64,000 nt of DNA from Nitrospirota bacterium (GTDB taxonomy: Bacteria; Nitrospirota; JACRHJ01). How positions within the stretch are numbered: the stretch's first letter is position 1; the number at the start of each line of letters is the position of its first letter. Made by a program: the position numbers and the translations under genes. A model generated the notes under the pieces. That model made no database searches, was not told the DNA's origin, and worked only from the letters and a program-made list of their open reading frames with translations. Below, piece by piece: positions 10,036 to 20,143 of the stretch. The stretch covers positions 25,554-89,553 of the forward strand of contig CAVOSJ010000007.1 of NCBI GenBank assembly GCA_963698885.1, in the 5' to 3' direction.

Positions 10036-11754
10036 ATGGCCGATTTAATCTCAAATCAAGCCCCTTACGCATCCGGTACACCGGCCCCCGGTCCGGACGC
10101 TCCTGTTTTATCCGTCATCCCGCTCGGAGGAGTGGGGGAGATAGGTCTTAACTCGACCATCCTGGAGTATGGCGACGATATCGTCCTCATAGACTGCGGG
10201 CTGATGTTCCCTGACGACGAGATGCTGGGCGTGGACATCGTCATCCCGGACTTCGCATACTTAATCGAGAACCGGCACAAGCTCCGCGCGGTCGTCATCA
10301 CGCACGGGCACGAGGACCACACCGGCGCGCTTCCGTATCTCCTGAAAGAAATCAACGTCCCGGTGTATGGGACTCTCCTCACGCTCGGCCTGATAAAAGA
10401 GAAGCTCATCGAGCACGAGCTGGACCAGAAAGTGGAACTGATACCGGTGAAGCCCAGGGACGTGGTCGATATCGGCCCGTTCAAGATCCAGTTTATACGG
10501 GTCACGCACAGCATCGTGGACGGAGTCGGCCTGGGCATTACCACGCCGGTTGGAAGGATCGTACACACAGGCGATTTCAAGATAGACCCGACGCCGGTGG
10601 ACAACCAGCTCATGGACCTGGGCCTTTTCTCCCAGTACGGCATGGACGGGGTACTACTGCTTATGTCGGATTCCACTAATGCTACCGTAGGTGGGTTTAC
10701 GTTCTCCGAAAAAGAAGTCCGCCGCGCGTTCGAAGACATATTCGCCAAGACGAAGAAGCGCATAATCATCGCCTCGTTCGCCTCCAACATCCACCGCATC
10801 CAGCAGGCCGTGGACGTGGCCGAGATGTTCGGCAGGAAGATAATCTTAAACGGACGGAGCATGGTGGCGAACGCGCGGATCGCCGCCGATTTGGGTTACC
10901 TGAAGATCCCGGACGGGATGTCGCGGCGGTTGGAAGACCTGAAGGATTTAAAGGACGAGGAAGTGGTCATCATCACCACCGGGAGCCAGGGCGAGCCGAT
11001 GAGCGCGATGAGCCGCATCGCCATGAACGAGCACAAGCAGGTCAAAATAAGACCGGGCGATACCGTAATCATTTCGGCAAAGATTATCCCCGGCAACGAA
11101 AAGTCCATCAACAGGATAATCAACCACCTCTTCATGCGCGGTGCGGACGTGAAGTACGAGAAGACCTCGGAGATTCACGTCTCCGGCCACGCGAGCAAGG
11201 AAGAGCTGAAGCTGATGCTGAACATGATAAAGCCGCGCTACTTCATCCCGGTGCACGGCGAGTACCGCCACCTTATATCCCATGCCAATTTAGGCAGGAA
11301 GGTGGGCATCCCGGAAGAGAACATCTTCATACTTAAAGACGGCGACGTGATGGAGTTCGACGGGGAGAGCGCGAGGAAGGCCGGTTTCATCGCGGCAGGG
11401 CGGGTATTCATAGACGGCAAGGGCATAGGCGACGTTGGCGACGAGGTGCTGCGCGACAGGATGCGCCTCGCGCACGACGGAGTCGTGATATGCATTATCG
11501 GCCTGGAAAAGCTGACCGGCAAGGTGGTGACCGGCCCGGACATAATCTCGCGCGGTTTCATATTCGAGGATGCATCGTCTGAGCTTATGCTTGAGGTCAA
11601 GGACGTCGTGGACGACCTGCTGCTCACCATGACCCCGGAGATAAAGGCGGAGATGCAGCTTGTCCAGAACGCGGTACGAGGGGCGCTCAAGAAGTTCATA
11701 AAGAAGCGCATGAACCGCCTTCCGATGATTCTGCCGATTGTGATGGAGATATAG
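10036..11754 (+). CDS. rnj: Ribonuclease J
   Basis: PLGGVGEIG, THGHEDH, HTGDFK, HVSGH, PVHGE. Confidence 0.95.
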   Translation: MADLISNQAPYASGTPAPGPDAPVLSVIPLGGVGEIGLNSTILEYGDDIVLIDCGLMFPDDEMLGVDIVIPDFAYLIENRHKLRAVVITHGHEDHTGALPYLLKEINVPVYGTLLTLGLIKEKLIEHELDQKVELIPVKPRDVVDIGPFKIQFIRVTHSIVDGVGLGITTPVGRIVHTGDFKIDPTPVDNQLMDLGLFSQYGMDGVLLLMSDSTNATVGGFTFSEKEVRRAFEDIFAKTKKRIIIASFASNIHRIQQAVDVAEMFGRKIILNGRSMVANARIAADLGYLKIPDGMSRRLEDLKDLKDEEVVIITTGSQGEPMSAMSRIAMNEHKQVKIRPGDTVIISAKIIPGNEKSINRIINHLFMRGADVKYEKTSEIHVSGHASKEELKLMLNMIKPRYFIPVHGEYRHLISHANLGRKVGIPEENIFILKDGDVMEFDGESARKAGFIAAGRVFIDGKGIGDVGDEVLRDRMRLAHDGVVICIIGLEKLTGKVVTGPDIISRGFIFEDASSELMLEVKDVVDDLLLTMTPEIKAEMQLVQNAVRGALKKFIKKRMNRLPMILPIVMEI

Positions 11755-11758
11755 GGGC

Positions 11759-12269
11759 ATGAAAATATAAAATAGGCTTAATCGCTATCTTTTTATTAAT
11801 TTTTTCTGTTGGAAATACCCGTGCTCAAGATTTGACTTCGGAATCACCAGAGAATTTCATTCGCCGTATATATAAAGAACATCTGGATGTTCTTTATTCG
11901 GATTTTCGACAGGACAATGATTGTTTAAACAAAAAGAAGTATTCACAATATTTTGACCCCAATCTAACAATGCTGCTTATTCGTGATGATAAATACACGG
12001 AGAAACACCCTGGAGAAGTCGGTGACCTTGATTTTGACCCTATAATTGATGCACAAGATTTCGATGAGAAGCTTCCGGTCAGTGTAGTAGTGACGAAACT
12101 GGATTCTAAATTCCCAGTTCGCATCAAGGTCGTTTTTTCAAATATAAGTCCAAGGACAATTGTATTTGAGCTTAAACAGACAGAGCAAGGTTGGAGAATT
12201 AGCGACATCATTTATTCTGATGGTAGCTCATTGGTAAAGATATTGTCACAGCCAATTGATGATCAATAA
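11759..12269 (+). CDS. Low-GC secreted protein, DUF3828/YbjP-like; an extra A after the ATG interrupts the signal peptide
   Basis: Removing one A from ATGAAAATAT gives MKYKIGLIAIFLLIFSVGNTRAQ joined to ORF 11832..12269; motifs LDFDPIIDAQD and GWRISDI. Confidence 0.65.
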
Positions 12270-12288
12270 ATTTTATAAAGACATAGAC

Positions 12289-12318
12289 TTGCTTTAACCA
12301 TACTCAACCCTGTAGAAT
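12289..12318 (+). promoter_or_regulatory. Candidate sigma70 promoter for thiG-thiE-thiC
   Basis: TTGCTT-18 bp-TAGAAT upstream of a GGAGG RBS. Confidence 0.45.
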
Positions 12319-12351
12319 AATAGGTACATTAGGTAAGTAATGGAGGAATAG

Positions 12352-13125
12352 ATGGAAGACGTTTTAAATATTGCGGGAATCTCGTTTCGCTCCCGGCTCT
12401 GGATAGGTACGGGGAAGTATGCCTCGTTCGCCGAGACGAAGGAGGCGGTGGAGGCGTCCGGCGCGGACGTGGTGACGGTCGCTGTGCGGCGGACTAATAT
12501 CACGGACAGAAGCTCCGAGAACCTGCTCGACTATATCGACCCGAAGGTATATAAAATCCTGCCGAACACCGCCGGATGCTATACCGCCGAGGACGCCATG
12601 CGCTACGCTAGGCTTGCGCGCGCGGCGGGGATATCGGACATGGTGAAGCTTGAAGTCATCGGGGATGAGCGCACGCTTTTCCCGGACAACGAGGCGACTC
12701 TCTATGCCACGAGAGAGTTGGTGAAGGAGGGCTTCATCGTATTTCCGTACATCGGCGACGACCCGGTCATGTGCAAAAAACTCGAAGACGCGGGCGCGGC
12801 GGCGGTGATGCCCCTTGCGGCGCCGATAGGCTCCGGCCTTGGGATAAGAAACCCGTACAACATAAAAATAATCCTGGAGACGGTCAAGCTTCCGGTAATA
12901 GTGGACGCGGGTGTGGGGACGGCGTCGGACGCGGCTTTTGCGATGGAACTCGGCGTGGAGGCGGTGCTTTTAAATACCGCGGTCGCCGGTGCAAAGTACC
13001 CGGTAGTGATGGCAAGGGCGATGAAGCTCGCCGTGGAGGCGGGACGGCTGGCGTATAAAGCAGGGCGGATGCCCAAGAAACTTTACGCGACGGCCTCAAG
13101 CCCGATCGAGGGGATGATTTCGTAG
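12352..13125 (+). CDS. thiG: Thiazole synthase
   Basis: [39 protein letters not shown]. Confidence 0.97.
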   Translation: MEDVLNIAGISFRSRLWIGTGKYASFAETKEAVEASGADVVTVAVRRTNITDRSSENLLDYIDPKVYKILPNTAGCYTAEDAMRYARLARAAGISDMVKLEVIGDERTLFPDNEATLYATRELVKEGFIVFPYIGDDPVMCKKLEDAGAAAVMPLAAPIGSGLGIRNPYNIKIILETVKLPVIVDAGVGTASDAAFAMELGVEAVLLNTAVAGAKYPVVMARAMKLAVEAGRLAYKAGRMPKKLYATASSPIEGMIS

Positions 13126-13127
13126 TT

Positions 13128-13772
13128 ATGATGGAATTTTGTTTTTACCTCATAACTGACAGGAAAAGCCTGCCAAAAGGGAGGACCATCGAGCAGGTAC
13201 TGGAAACCGCGTTCGTGGCGGGGGTGAAGGGCGTGCTTCTCCGGGAGAAGGACCTTCCGGACAAGGAGCTTCTTCTTCTTGCCCAGCGGGTACGGGACCT
13301 GTCGCTTCGGCATGGCGTCAAAATGCTTGTCAGCACCCGCGCGGATATCGCGGTTGCTGTCGGGGCGGACGGTGTGCACCTGCCCTCTGAGGGAGTATCG
13401 CTGAAGGCGGCGCGTGAAGTGGTGGGGGTCGAGAGATATATAGCCGTCTCGACCCATTCACTGGCGCAGGCTCTTCAGGCGGAGGACGAGGGAGCTGATT
13501 TCCTGACTTTCGGCCCGGTGTACCGTACGAAGTCAAAAGAGAAGTTCGGCGAGCCGAAGGGCTTGGGTGCATTGGAAGAGGCATGCAAAAAAGTGCGGAT
13601 ACCGATATTCGCAATTGGCGGTATGAACCAGGAAAATGTGGCGGAAGCCCTTAACCGGGGTGCGTTCGGGATAGCGGCGATCTCCGCGGTGATGGCTGCT
13701 GAGGACCCGGCGCTCGCGGTGAAAGGGATAATGGATATTATTCGATCTTACAGGATGGGAAGGTGCGTCTAA
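13128..13772 (+). CDS. thiE: Thiamine-phosphate synthase (ThiE/TenI family)
   Basis: YLITDR, LREKD, ADGVHL, VSTHS, FGPVY.T.SK, AIGG. Confidence 0.8.
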   Translation: MMEFCFYLITDRKSLPKGRTIEQVLETAFVAGVKGVLLREKDLPDKELLLLAQRVRDLSLRHGVKMLVSTRADIAVAVGADGVHLPSEGVSLKAAREVVGVERYIAVSTHSLAQALQAEDEGADFLTFGPVYRTKSKEKFGEPKGLGALEEACKKVRIPIFAIGGMNQENVAEALNRGAFGIAAISAVMAAEDPALAVKGIMDIIRSYRMGRCV

Positions 13773-15070
13773 TGCTGACAAGGATGCCAACAAGAATGGA
13801 TGCCGCGAAAAGAGGAATTTTGACGCCGGAAGTCGAGGCGGCGGCGAAATCGGAAGGAGTTTCCCCGGATTTCCTGATGCAGGGGCTGGCGGAAGGGACG
13901 ATCGTGGTATGCCGCAATAAAGTCCATTCTGGCATTGCTCCGCTTGCGGTCGGGAAAGGGACGCGGACGAAGATAAACGCCAATATCGGCACCTCCAAAG
14001 ACAACTCGGATATAGATAACGAACTGGCGAAGCTCCGCGCGGCCGTATCTCTCGGCGCGGACGCGGTGATGGACCTCTCCACCGGAGGGCCGATAAAGGA
14101 AATCCGCCGGAGGCTGATGGAAGTCAGCACCGTCGCGGTCGGCACCGTGCCAATCTACCAGGCGGCGGTCGAGGCGGCGGCGAACAAAGGCTCGGTGGTG
14201 GACATGACGGCGGACGACATGTTCCGTTCCATCGAGGAGCAGGCCGCGCAGGGCGTGGACTTCGTGACCGTACACTGCGGCGTGACGCGGGAGTCCGTCG
14301 GGCGCATAAAAAAGGAAGGCCGAATCCTCGACGTGGTATCGCGCGGGGGCGCTTTCCTGGTCGAATGGATGGTGATTAACGGGAAAGAGAACCCGCTCTT
14401 CGAAGACTTTGGGCGACTGCTGGAGATTGCAAAAAAGTATGACGTCGTGCTGTCGCTTGGCGACGGGCTCCGGCCGGGGTGCATCGCCGACGCGACGGAC
14501 AGGGGGCAGATAACCGAGCTTGTGACGCTTGGCGAGCTTACCCAGGCGGCCTGGGCGGAGGGCGTGCAGGTCATTATAGAGGGGCCGGGGCATGTGCCCC
14601 TTCACGAGGTGGAGACGAACATAAAAATTCAGAAGGCGCTCTGCAAGGGCGCGCCGTTCTATGTCCTGGGGCCGCTGGTCACGGACATAGCTCCCGGATA
14701 CGACCACATCACCTCGGCTATCGGCGGCGCGGTCGCGGGCATGGCCGGCGCGGATTTCCTGTGCTACGTGACGCCATCTGAACACCTGAGACTCCCGGAT
14801 TTAGACGACGTGAAAGAAGGCGTCGTGGCGGCGAAGATCGCGGCGCACGCGGCGGACGTTGCCAAAGGTCTGCCGGGCGCGATAGATAAGGACATCGCGA
14901 TGGCGAAAGCGCGCAAGGCGCTGGACTGGGAGGGGCAGATCGCGCTCTCGGTGAACCCGGAGAAGGCGCGCGCGTTCCATACCCCCGGCGAGGGCGAAGG
15001 CGCCGACGCCTGCACGATGTGCGGGGAGTTCTGCTCGATAAAGCACGTGCAGGAGTACTTTAAAAAATAA
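13772..15070 (+). CDS. thiC: Phosphomethylpyrimidine synthase, short form
   Basis: KINANIGTS, MDLSTGG, VSRGG, LGDGLRPG, EGPGH, C-terminal CTMCGEFC; thi operon context. Confidence 0.92.
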   Translation: MLTRMPTRMDAAKRGILTPEVEAAAKSEGVSPDFLMQGLAEGTIVVCRNKVHSGIAPLAVGKGTRTKINANIGTSKDNSDIDNELAKLRAAVSLGADAVMDLSTGGPIKEIRRRLMEVSTVAVGTVPIYQAAVEAAANKGSVVDMTADDMFRSIEEQAAQGVDFVTVHCGVTRESVGRIKKEGRILDVVSRGGAFLVEWMVINGKENPLFEDFGRLLEIAKKYDVVLSLGDGLRPGCIADATDRGQITELVTLGELTQAAWAEGVQVIIEGPGHVPLHEVETNIKIQKALCKGAPFYVLGPLVTDIAPGYDHITSAIGGAVAGMAGADFLCYVTPSEHLRLPDLDDVKEGVVAAKIAAHAADVAKGLPGAIDKDIAMAKARKALDWEGQIALSVNPEKARAFHTPGEGEGADACTMCGEFCSIKHVQEYFKK

Positions 15071-15074
15071 TACC

Positions 15075-15111
15075 TTCCACCTTTCTTGAAAGAAAGTTGG
15101 AGCCAAAGAAC
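15075..15111. repeat. Triplex-type repeat, copy 5 (variant unit A)
   Basis: TTCCACCTTTCTT-GA-AAGAAAGTTGGAG-CCAAAGAAC between the thiC stop and the lolA start. Confidence 0.7.
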
Positions 15112-15117
15112 ATTAAA

Positions 15118-15768
15118 ATGAAAAAAATAAAACTGTTTACGGTGTTAATTTTACTATTTCTTGCCGCCCCCGCCTTTGCCATGACGGCGGACCAGCTGGC
15201 CGGGAAATTACAGAATAGCTACGACAAAACGCATGACCTGAAGGCGGACTTCAGGCAGGTATCGGTCGTGAAATCCATGAACATGACGAAGGAGGCGTCC
15301 GGGACGCTGCTGATAAAGAAGCCGGGGATGCTGAGATATACCTACGACAAACCCGAGAAGCAGGAGATGATCGTCAAGGGCGACGACCTCATCATGTATA
15401 TCCCGTCGCAAAACCAGGTGATAAAGAAGACGCTCTCCCGCGAACTGATGGACAAGACGCCGACTACATTTTTGGGTGGACTTGGGAAAATCACGGACTC
15501 GTTCAACACGAAAATCCCCGCGGCCGGGGAGAAGGACAAGGAGGGGCGCTACATCCTTGTGCTTATCCCCAAGGGGGATAAAATGGGCGTGGAGGAAATC
15601 ACCCTCGCGCTCGACCCGAAGACTTTCGATATACGCGAGTTCTCTTTCAAGGAAACCTCCGGCAACGTGAACACTATCTCGCTTAGTAACATAAAGATAA
15701 ACAAGGCCGTGAAGGACAGCGCGTTCAATTTCAAAATGCCGAAAGGGGCGTCGTTAATATCAGAATAA
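15118..15768 (+). CDS. lolA: Outer-membrane lipoprotein carrier protein LolA
   Basis: Signal peptide, LKADFRQ, GTLLIKKPGMLRYTYDKP, C-terminal FNFKMPKGA. Confidence 0.85.
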   Translation: MKKIKLFTVLILLFLAAPAFAMTADQLAGKLQNSYDKTHDLKADFRQVSVVKSMNMTKEASGTLLIKKPGMLRYTYDKPEKQEMIVKGDDLIMYIPSQNQVIKKTLSRELMDKTPTTFLGGLGKITDSFNTKIPAAGEKDKEGRYILVLIPKGDKMGVEEITLALDPKTFDIREFSFKETSGNVNTISLSNIKINKAVKDSAFNFKMPKGASLISE

Positions 15769-15787
15769 TTCACGTTTTTTCAGCCCA

Positions 15788-15883
15788 GCTTTTCTTTGTG
15801 ATACTTCCACCTTACGGAGGCGAAGGCTCCGAAGATGAAAAAATGCGCGGCGCCTTAGCCGCTTTTCCCGAAAAGAAAGTATC
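15788..15883. repeat. Triplex-type repeat, copy 6 (unit B with an internal insertion)
   Basis: GCTTTTCTTTGT-GATACTT[~55-nt insert]CTTTTC-CC-GAAAAGAAAGTATC; compensatory GATAC/GTATC replaces GTTAC/GTAAC. Confidence 0.7.
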
Positions 15884-15902
15884 GGACCTTTAGGAGGCAT
15901 AG

Positions 15903-16400
15903 ATGGCAGCGGAAAGTTCTTTCGACATAGTTTGCAAAATAGACATGCAGGAGCTGGACAACGCGGTCAACCAGACGATGAAGGAGATCGCGCAGCGGTT
16001 CGATTTCAAGGGCAGCAAAAGCGAGATCCTCCTGGACAAGCTGAAGGGGACGCTGACCATTTCCACGGAGGACGATTTCCGCCTGACGAACGTCAACGAC
16101 ATCCTCCAGTCGAAGGTGATAAAACGCGGGATCTCGCTTAAGGCCCTTTCTTACGGCAAGGTGGAACCGGCGGCGGGCAGCACTGTCCGGCAGGTGGTCA
16201 CGCTCCAGCAGGGGATACCGCAGGAGAAGGCGAAAGAGATAGTGAAGCTGATTAAGAACACGAAGATGAAGGTGAACGCCTCGATACAGCAGGACCAGGT
16301 CCGAGTCGCCGGCAAGAACAGGGACGACCTGCAGGAGATCATAAGGATCCTCAAAACCCAGGACCTGGATATAGACATGCAGTTCATAAACTACCGGTAG
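15903..16400 (+). CDS. yajQ: YajQ family nucleotide/c-di-GMP-binding protein
   Basis: [34 protein letters not shown]. Confidence 0.93.
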   Translation: MAAESSFDIVCKIDMQELDNAVNQTMKEIAQRFDFKGSKSEILLDKLKGTLTISTEDDFRLTNVNDILQSKVIKRGISLKALSYGKVEPAAGSTVRQVVTLQQGIPQEKAKEIVKLIKNTKMKVNASIQQDQVRVAGKNRDDLQEIIRILKTQDLDIDMQFINYR

Positions 16401-16404
16401 CTTG

Positions 16405-17832
16405 ATGCCGCAAAAAAAAATCCTCGTCGTTGACGACGACCCGGACATCCAGGGCGTCCTCATAGCCGCCCTGAGCCAGGAGGGCAGGACCTTTATCACC
16501 GCGTCCAACGGGATAGAGGCGGTGGAGAAGGCTCTCTCGGACCTACCCGACCTGATAATACTGGACATCATGATGCCCAAGATGGACGGATATCAGGTGT
16601 GCAGGCTGCTGAAGAACGAGCAGCTCACGTGGGAAATACCCATCATAATGCTCTCCGCGAATTACAGGGAAAAAGACCGGCTCTACGGCATTTCCGTCGG
16701 CGCGGACGACTATATCGTCAAGCCTTTCCAGACGGAAGAGCTGATGGAGAAGGCGGCGCACCTGCTGGCAAAGCATCCTAAAGAGGACAAGGCATGCCCC
16801 GTCACGCTGCCCGGCCTGGTCGACGAGGCGAGCCTCCTGTCCCGCGTGAACACCCTCCTGGACAGGAAGCTGCAGGAGATGACCTTCCTCCAGTACATGA
16901 CGAAGGCGATAGTCGGCACCTTCGACGAGGACAGGATCCTGCGCACGGTCCTGCAGGGGATAAAGACGGAGGTGGGCTACCGCCGCTGCGCCCTGTTCAT
17001 GTTCGACGACGGCCAACTGAAGGAGCGGCTTTCCCTGGGATATTCAGCCGCCGAGAAACCGGTCGCGGATATCGCCCTTGAATTTCTCTATCAGCGCAAG
17101 GAGGCCGCCGTGCTCCCGAGGCGTGGGGGGCCGTTCGCACAGCAGTGCGTCATCCCGATACCGTACCGGGACGAACTCAAGGGGATGGTGCTTCTGGAAA
17201 GGGGGCCGGACGAGCCGCCTTTTTCGGAGGACCGGTTAAACCTTCTCTCCACGCTCGCGGGCCAGCTCGGCATGGCGCTGGAGAACGCAAGCATGTACCG
17301 CAACACGCTCCACCTCTCCATCACCGACGGGTTGACAGGGTTGTACAACGCGCGCTACCTCTACGAGCGGCTCGAGACCGAGATCACCCGCTCAAAGCGT
17401 TACGGGCACCCGCTCTCGCTCTTCATGCTGGACATCGACTTTTTCAAGAAATTCAACGACAGCTATGGGCATCTAAGCGGAGACGAGGCCCTGAGGATGG
17501 TCGCGCTGGTGCTCCGGGAGAACTCCCGCGAGACGGACACCGTCGCCCGTTACGGCGGGGAAGAGTTCTGCGTGATACTGCCGGAGACGGACGACCAGAG
17601 CGCGGAGGTAATCGCCGAACGTGTCAGGAGGGCCATGGAGTTGCGCGCGGTGACAATCGGCCCGAAAGAGGCGGAAGCCGCAGGGAGGGCGGAGGTAAAC
17701 CTCACCGTCAGCATCGGGATTGCCCAGATGCCCTCCGGCCTGAAATTCGCCGAGGAACTCGTGCGCCTCGCGGACAAGGCGCTCTACCAGGCCAAGGACG
17801 CGGGTCGAAATACCGTCCGGACATACAGATAA
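16405..17832 (+). CDS. REC-GAF-GGDEF diguanylate cyclase
   Basis: N-terminal receiver (ILVVDDD, LDIMMP, KPF), GAF-like middle, DGLTGLYN, I-site RETD, RYGGEEF. Confidence 0.92.
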   Translation: MPQKKILVVDDDPDIQGVLIAALSQEGRTFITASNGIEAVEKALSDLPDLIILDIMMPKMDGYQVCRLLKNEQLTWEIPIIMLSANYREKDRLYGISVGADDYIVKPFQTEELMEKAAHLLAKHPKEDKACPVTLPGLVDEASLLSRVNTLLDRKLQEMTFLQYMTKAIVGTFDEDRILRTVLQGIKTEVGYRRCALFMFDDGQLKERLSLGYSAAEKPVADIALEFLYQRKEAAVLPRRGGPFAQQCVIPIPYRDELKGMVLLERGPDEPPFSEDRLNLLSTLAGQLGMALENASMYRNTLHLSITDGLTGLYNARYLYERLETEITRSKRYGHPLSLFMLDIDFFKKFNDSYGHLSGDEALRMVALVLRENSRETDTVARYGGEEFCVILPETDDQSAEVIAERVRRAMELRAVTIGPKEAEAAGRAEVNLTVSIGIAQMPSGLKFAEELVRLADKALYQAKDAGRNTVRTYR

Positions 17833-17947
17833 TTTCCCCCATACTTCCCATCCCTCTCCAAAAAAATGCAGATTGGCCCACGGCGACATAGCGTTAAAGC
17901 CCAGCGCCGAGTGCCTCTCATCGCGGGGTTAATATACTGTTTAAATA

Positions 17948-17986
17948 AATGAAAGCCCGTCCATTCAATTTGGGCGGGCTTTCATT
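17948..17986. terminator. Intrinsic terminator-like hairpin after the diguanylate cyclase
   Basis: AATGAAAGCCCGTCCA / TGGGCGGGCTTTCATT inverted repeat. Confidence 0.6.
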
Positions 17987-17996
17987 GAATTTCTTC

Positions 17997-18025
17997 TTGC
18001 CTCGCCTTAGTTTTCGATATATAAT
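17997..18025 (+). promoter_or_regulatory. Candidate sigma70 promoter of the aconitase gene
   Basis: TTGCCT-17 bp-TATAAT. Confidence 0.6.
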
Positions 18026-18089
18026 CCTTCTTTGGCAGTCAATCCCGGCCCGGCAGGCACGCGGGTCATTTCTTTTATAAGGGGTAAAA

Positions 18090-20016
18090 ATGGGCTTAAA
18101 CGTAACGCAGAAGATAATCAAGGCGCACATGACTTGCAGGCAAGATGAAGGCGGGCGCGCCGATTGCCATCCGCATCGACCAGACGCTTACGCAGGACGC
18201 GACAGGCACGATGGCATACCTCCAGTTCGAGGCCATGGGAGTTGACCGGGTAAAGACGGACCTCTCGGTCTCCTACGTGGACCACAACATGCTCCAGACA
18301 GGTTACGAGAACCCGGACGACCATGCGTTCCTGCAGTCAATCGCCGCGCGCTACGGCCTGTACTTCTCACGCCCCGGCAACGGCATCTGCCACCAGGTGC
18401 ACCTTGAGCGCTTCGGAGCGCCGGGCACGACGCTACTGGGCTCCGACTCGCACACCCCCACCGGCGGCGGCATAGGCCAGCTCGCGATGGGCGCGGGCGG
18501 CCTGGACGTTGCGCTCGCGATGGCGGGCCAGCCGTTCTTTTTAAAAATGCCGAAAGTCATAGGAGTGAAATTAACCGGAGCCCTCCAGCCGTTTGTATCC
18601 GCCAAAGACGTTATCTTGGAGGTACTGAGGATAAAGACGGTAAAGGGCGGCGTGGGATGCGTGTTCGAATATTTCGGGCCGGGCGTGCAGACGCTGGACG
18701 TCCCTTCGCGCGCGACCATTACCAACATGGGCGCGGAGCTTGGCGCGACGACGTCGGTCTTCCCCTCCGACAAGGTAACGAAGGACTTCATGAAGGCGCA
18801 GGGGCGTGACGACTCATGGAAAAGGCTGGTCGCCGACAAGACCGCGAGTTACGACGAAATAATCGAAATCGATTTATCGAGCCTTGAGCCGATGGTGGCT
18901 ATGCCGCACATGCCGGACAAGGTGAAAAAAGTCTCCGAGATCGCGGGTATGCAAGTCCAGCAGGTGGCGATAGGCTCCTGCACGAACAGCTCTTATAAGG
19001 ACCTTTCTACCGTCGCCGCGATGCTGCACGGAAGGACGGTCGCGCCCACTGTCTCGCTCGGCATCTCGCCCGGTTCCCGGCAGGTGCTGTCCATGATAAC
19101 CGAGTCCGGCGGGCTATCGTCCATGATAAAGGCGGGCGCCCGGATACTCGAATCCGGCTGCGGGCCATGCATCGGCATGGGGTTTGCTCCGCCGACCGGC
19201 GGCGTGACCGTGCGCTCGTTCAACAGGAACTTCGAGGGCCGCTCCGGCACGAAGTCCGCGAGCGTCATCCTGGCGTCTCCCGAGACCTGCGCCGCCGCCG
19301 CGATAAGCGGGACAATCACCGACCCCCGCAAGCTGAATATTCCGCCGGTCAAGGTGAAGATGCCGAAGAGATACAACTCGGATGATATCTGATGATTATA
19401 GCCTCTACCGCCGGCAGAAGAGGCCCAAAAGGTATCCATCGTGCGCGGGCCGAATATCGCGCCGCTTGCGAGGGCGCCAAAGCCTGGCACGGAGATTTCC
19501 GGGCGCGTGCTCCTGAAGACCGGCGACAACATCACCACGGACCATATTATGCCCGCCGGGGCAAAAGTCCTGCCGCTTCGGTCGAACCTGCCTAAGATAT
19601 CGGAGTTCGTGTTCGAGGCGGTGGACCCGGAATTCCCGAAGCGCGCCAAGGAGTGGGGCGGCGGGTTCGTAATAGGCGGGGAGAACTACGGCCAGGGAAG
19701 CTCCCGCGAGCATGCCGCGCTTGCCCCGATGTACCTGGGCGTGAAGGCGGTTATAACCAAGTCCTTCGCGCGCATCCACCTTGCGAACCTCATCAACTTC
19801 GGTATCCTTCCGCTCACGTTCAAGGACCCGTCCGACTACGACAAAATCGAGCAGGGCGACGAACTTGCGCTGGACATTTCCAACATAGACAAGCCGAGGC
19901 TGGAAGACAGGACAAAGGGTCTGAATATAGCGGTGGTCGCCCAGCTGAGTTCCGAGCGCGACCGCGAGCTTATCCTCGCGGGCGGGGCGCTGAACCTGGC
20001 CAGCGGAAAGGGCTAA
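18090..20016 (+). CDS. Aconitate hydratase (single-chain, ~640 aa type); indels near 18130 and 19390-19405
   Basis: DQTLTQDATG, GNGICHQVH, GSDSHT, IGSCTN, CGPCIG, then swivel domain DNITTDHI and YGQGSSREHA. Confidence 0.88.
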
Positions 20017-20020
20017 GACC

Positions 20021-20123
20021 GTACTTTTCTTTCAGGTGAAAGAAAAGTACCAAAAGAAAGCCGGACTGGGCGGAGCCAAATTTAAAAGTTCTTTGGTGCT
20101 ACCTTTCTTTCAAGAAAGGTAGC
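20021..20123. repeat. Triplex-type repeat, copy 7 (unit B then inverted variant unit A)
   Basis: GTACTTTTCTTTC-AGGT-GAAAGAAAAGTAC-CAAAAGAAAGC ... AAAAGTTCTTTGGT-GCTACCTTTCTT-TC-AAGAAAGGTAGC; starts 4 nt after the aconitase stop. Confidence 0.88.
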
Positions 20124-20143
20124 GAATTTAAAGGGGGCTATCG

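Noticed and set aside
12270-12351. TPP riboswitch upstream of thiG
   Set aside because: The spacer is only ~80 nt, AT-rich, and lacks the CTGAGA and related conserved motifs.
13772-15070. ThiC paralog BzaA/B/F (cobalamin lower-ligand synthesis)
   Set aside because: It is directly coupled to thiG and thiE, so thiamine ThiC is the simpler call.
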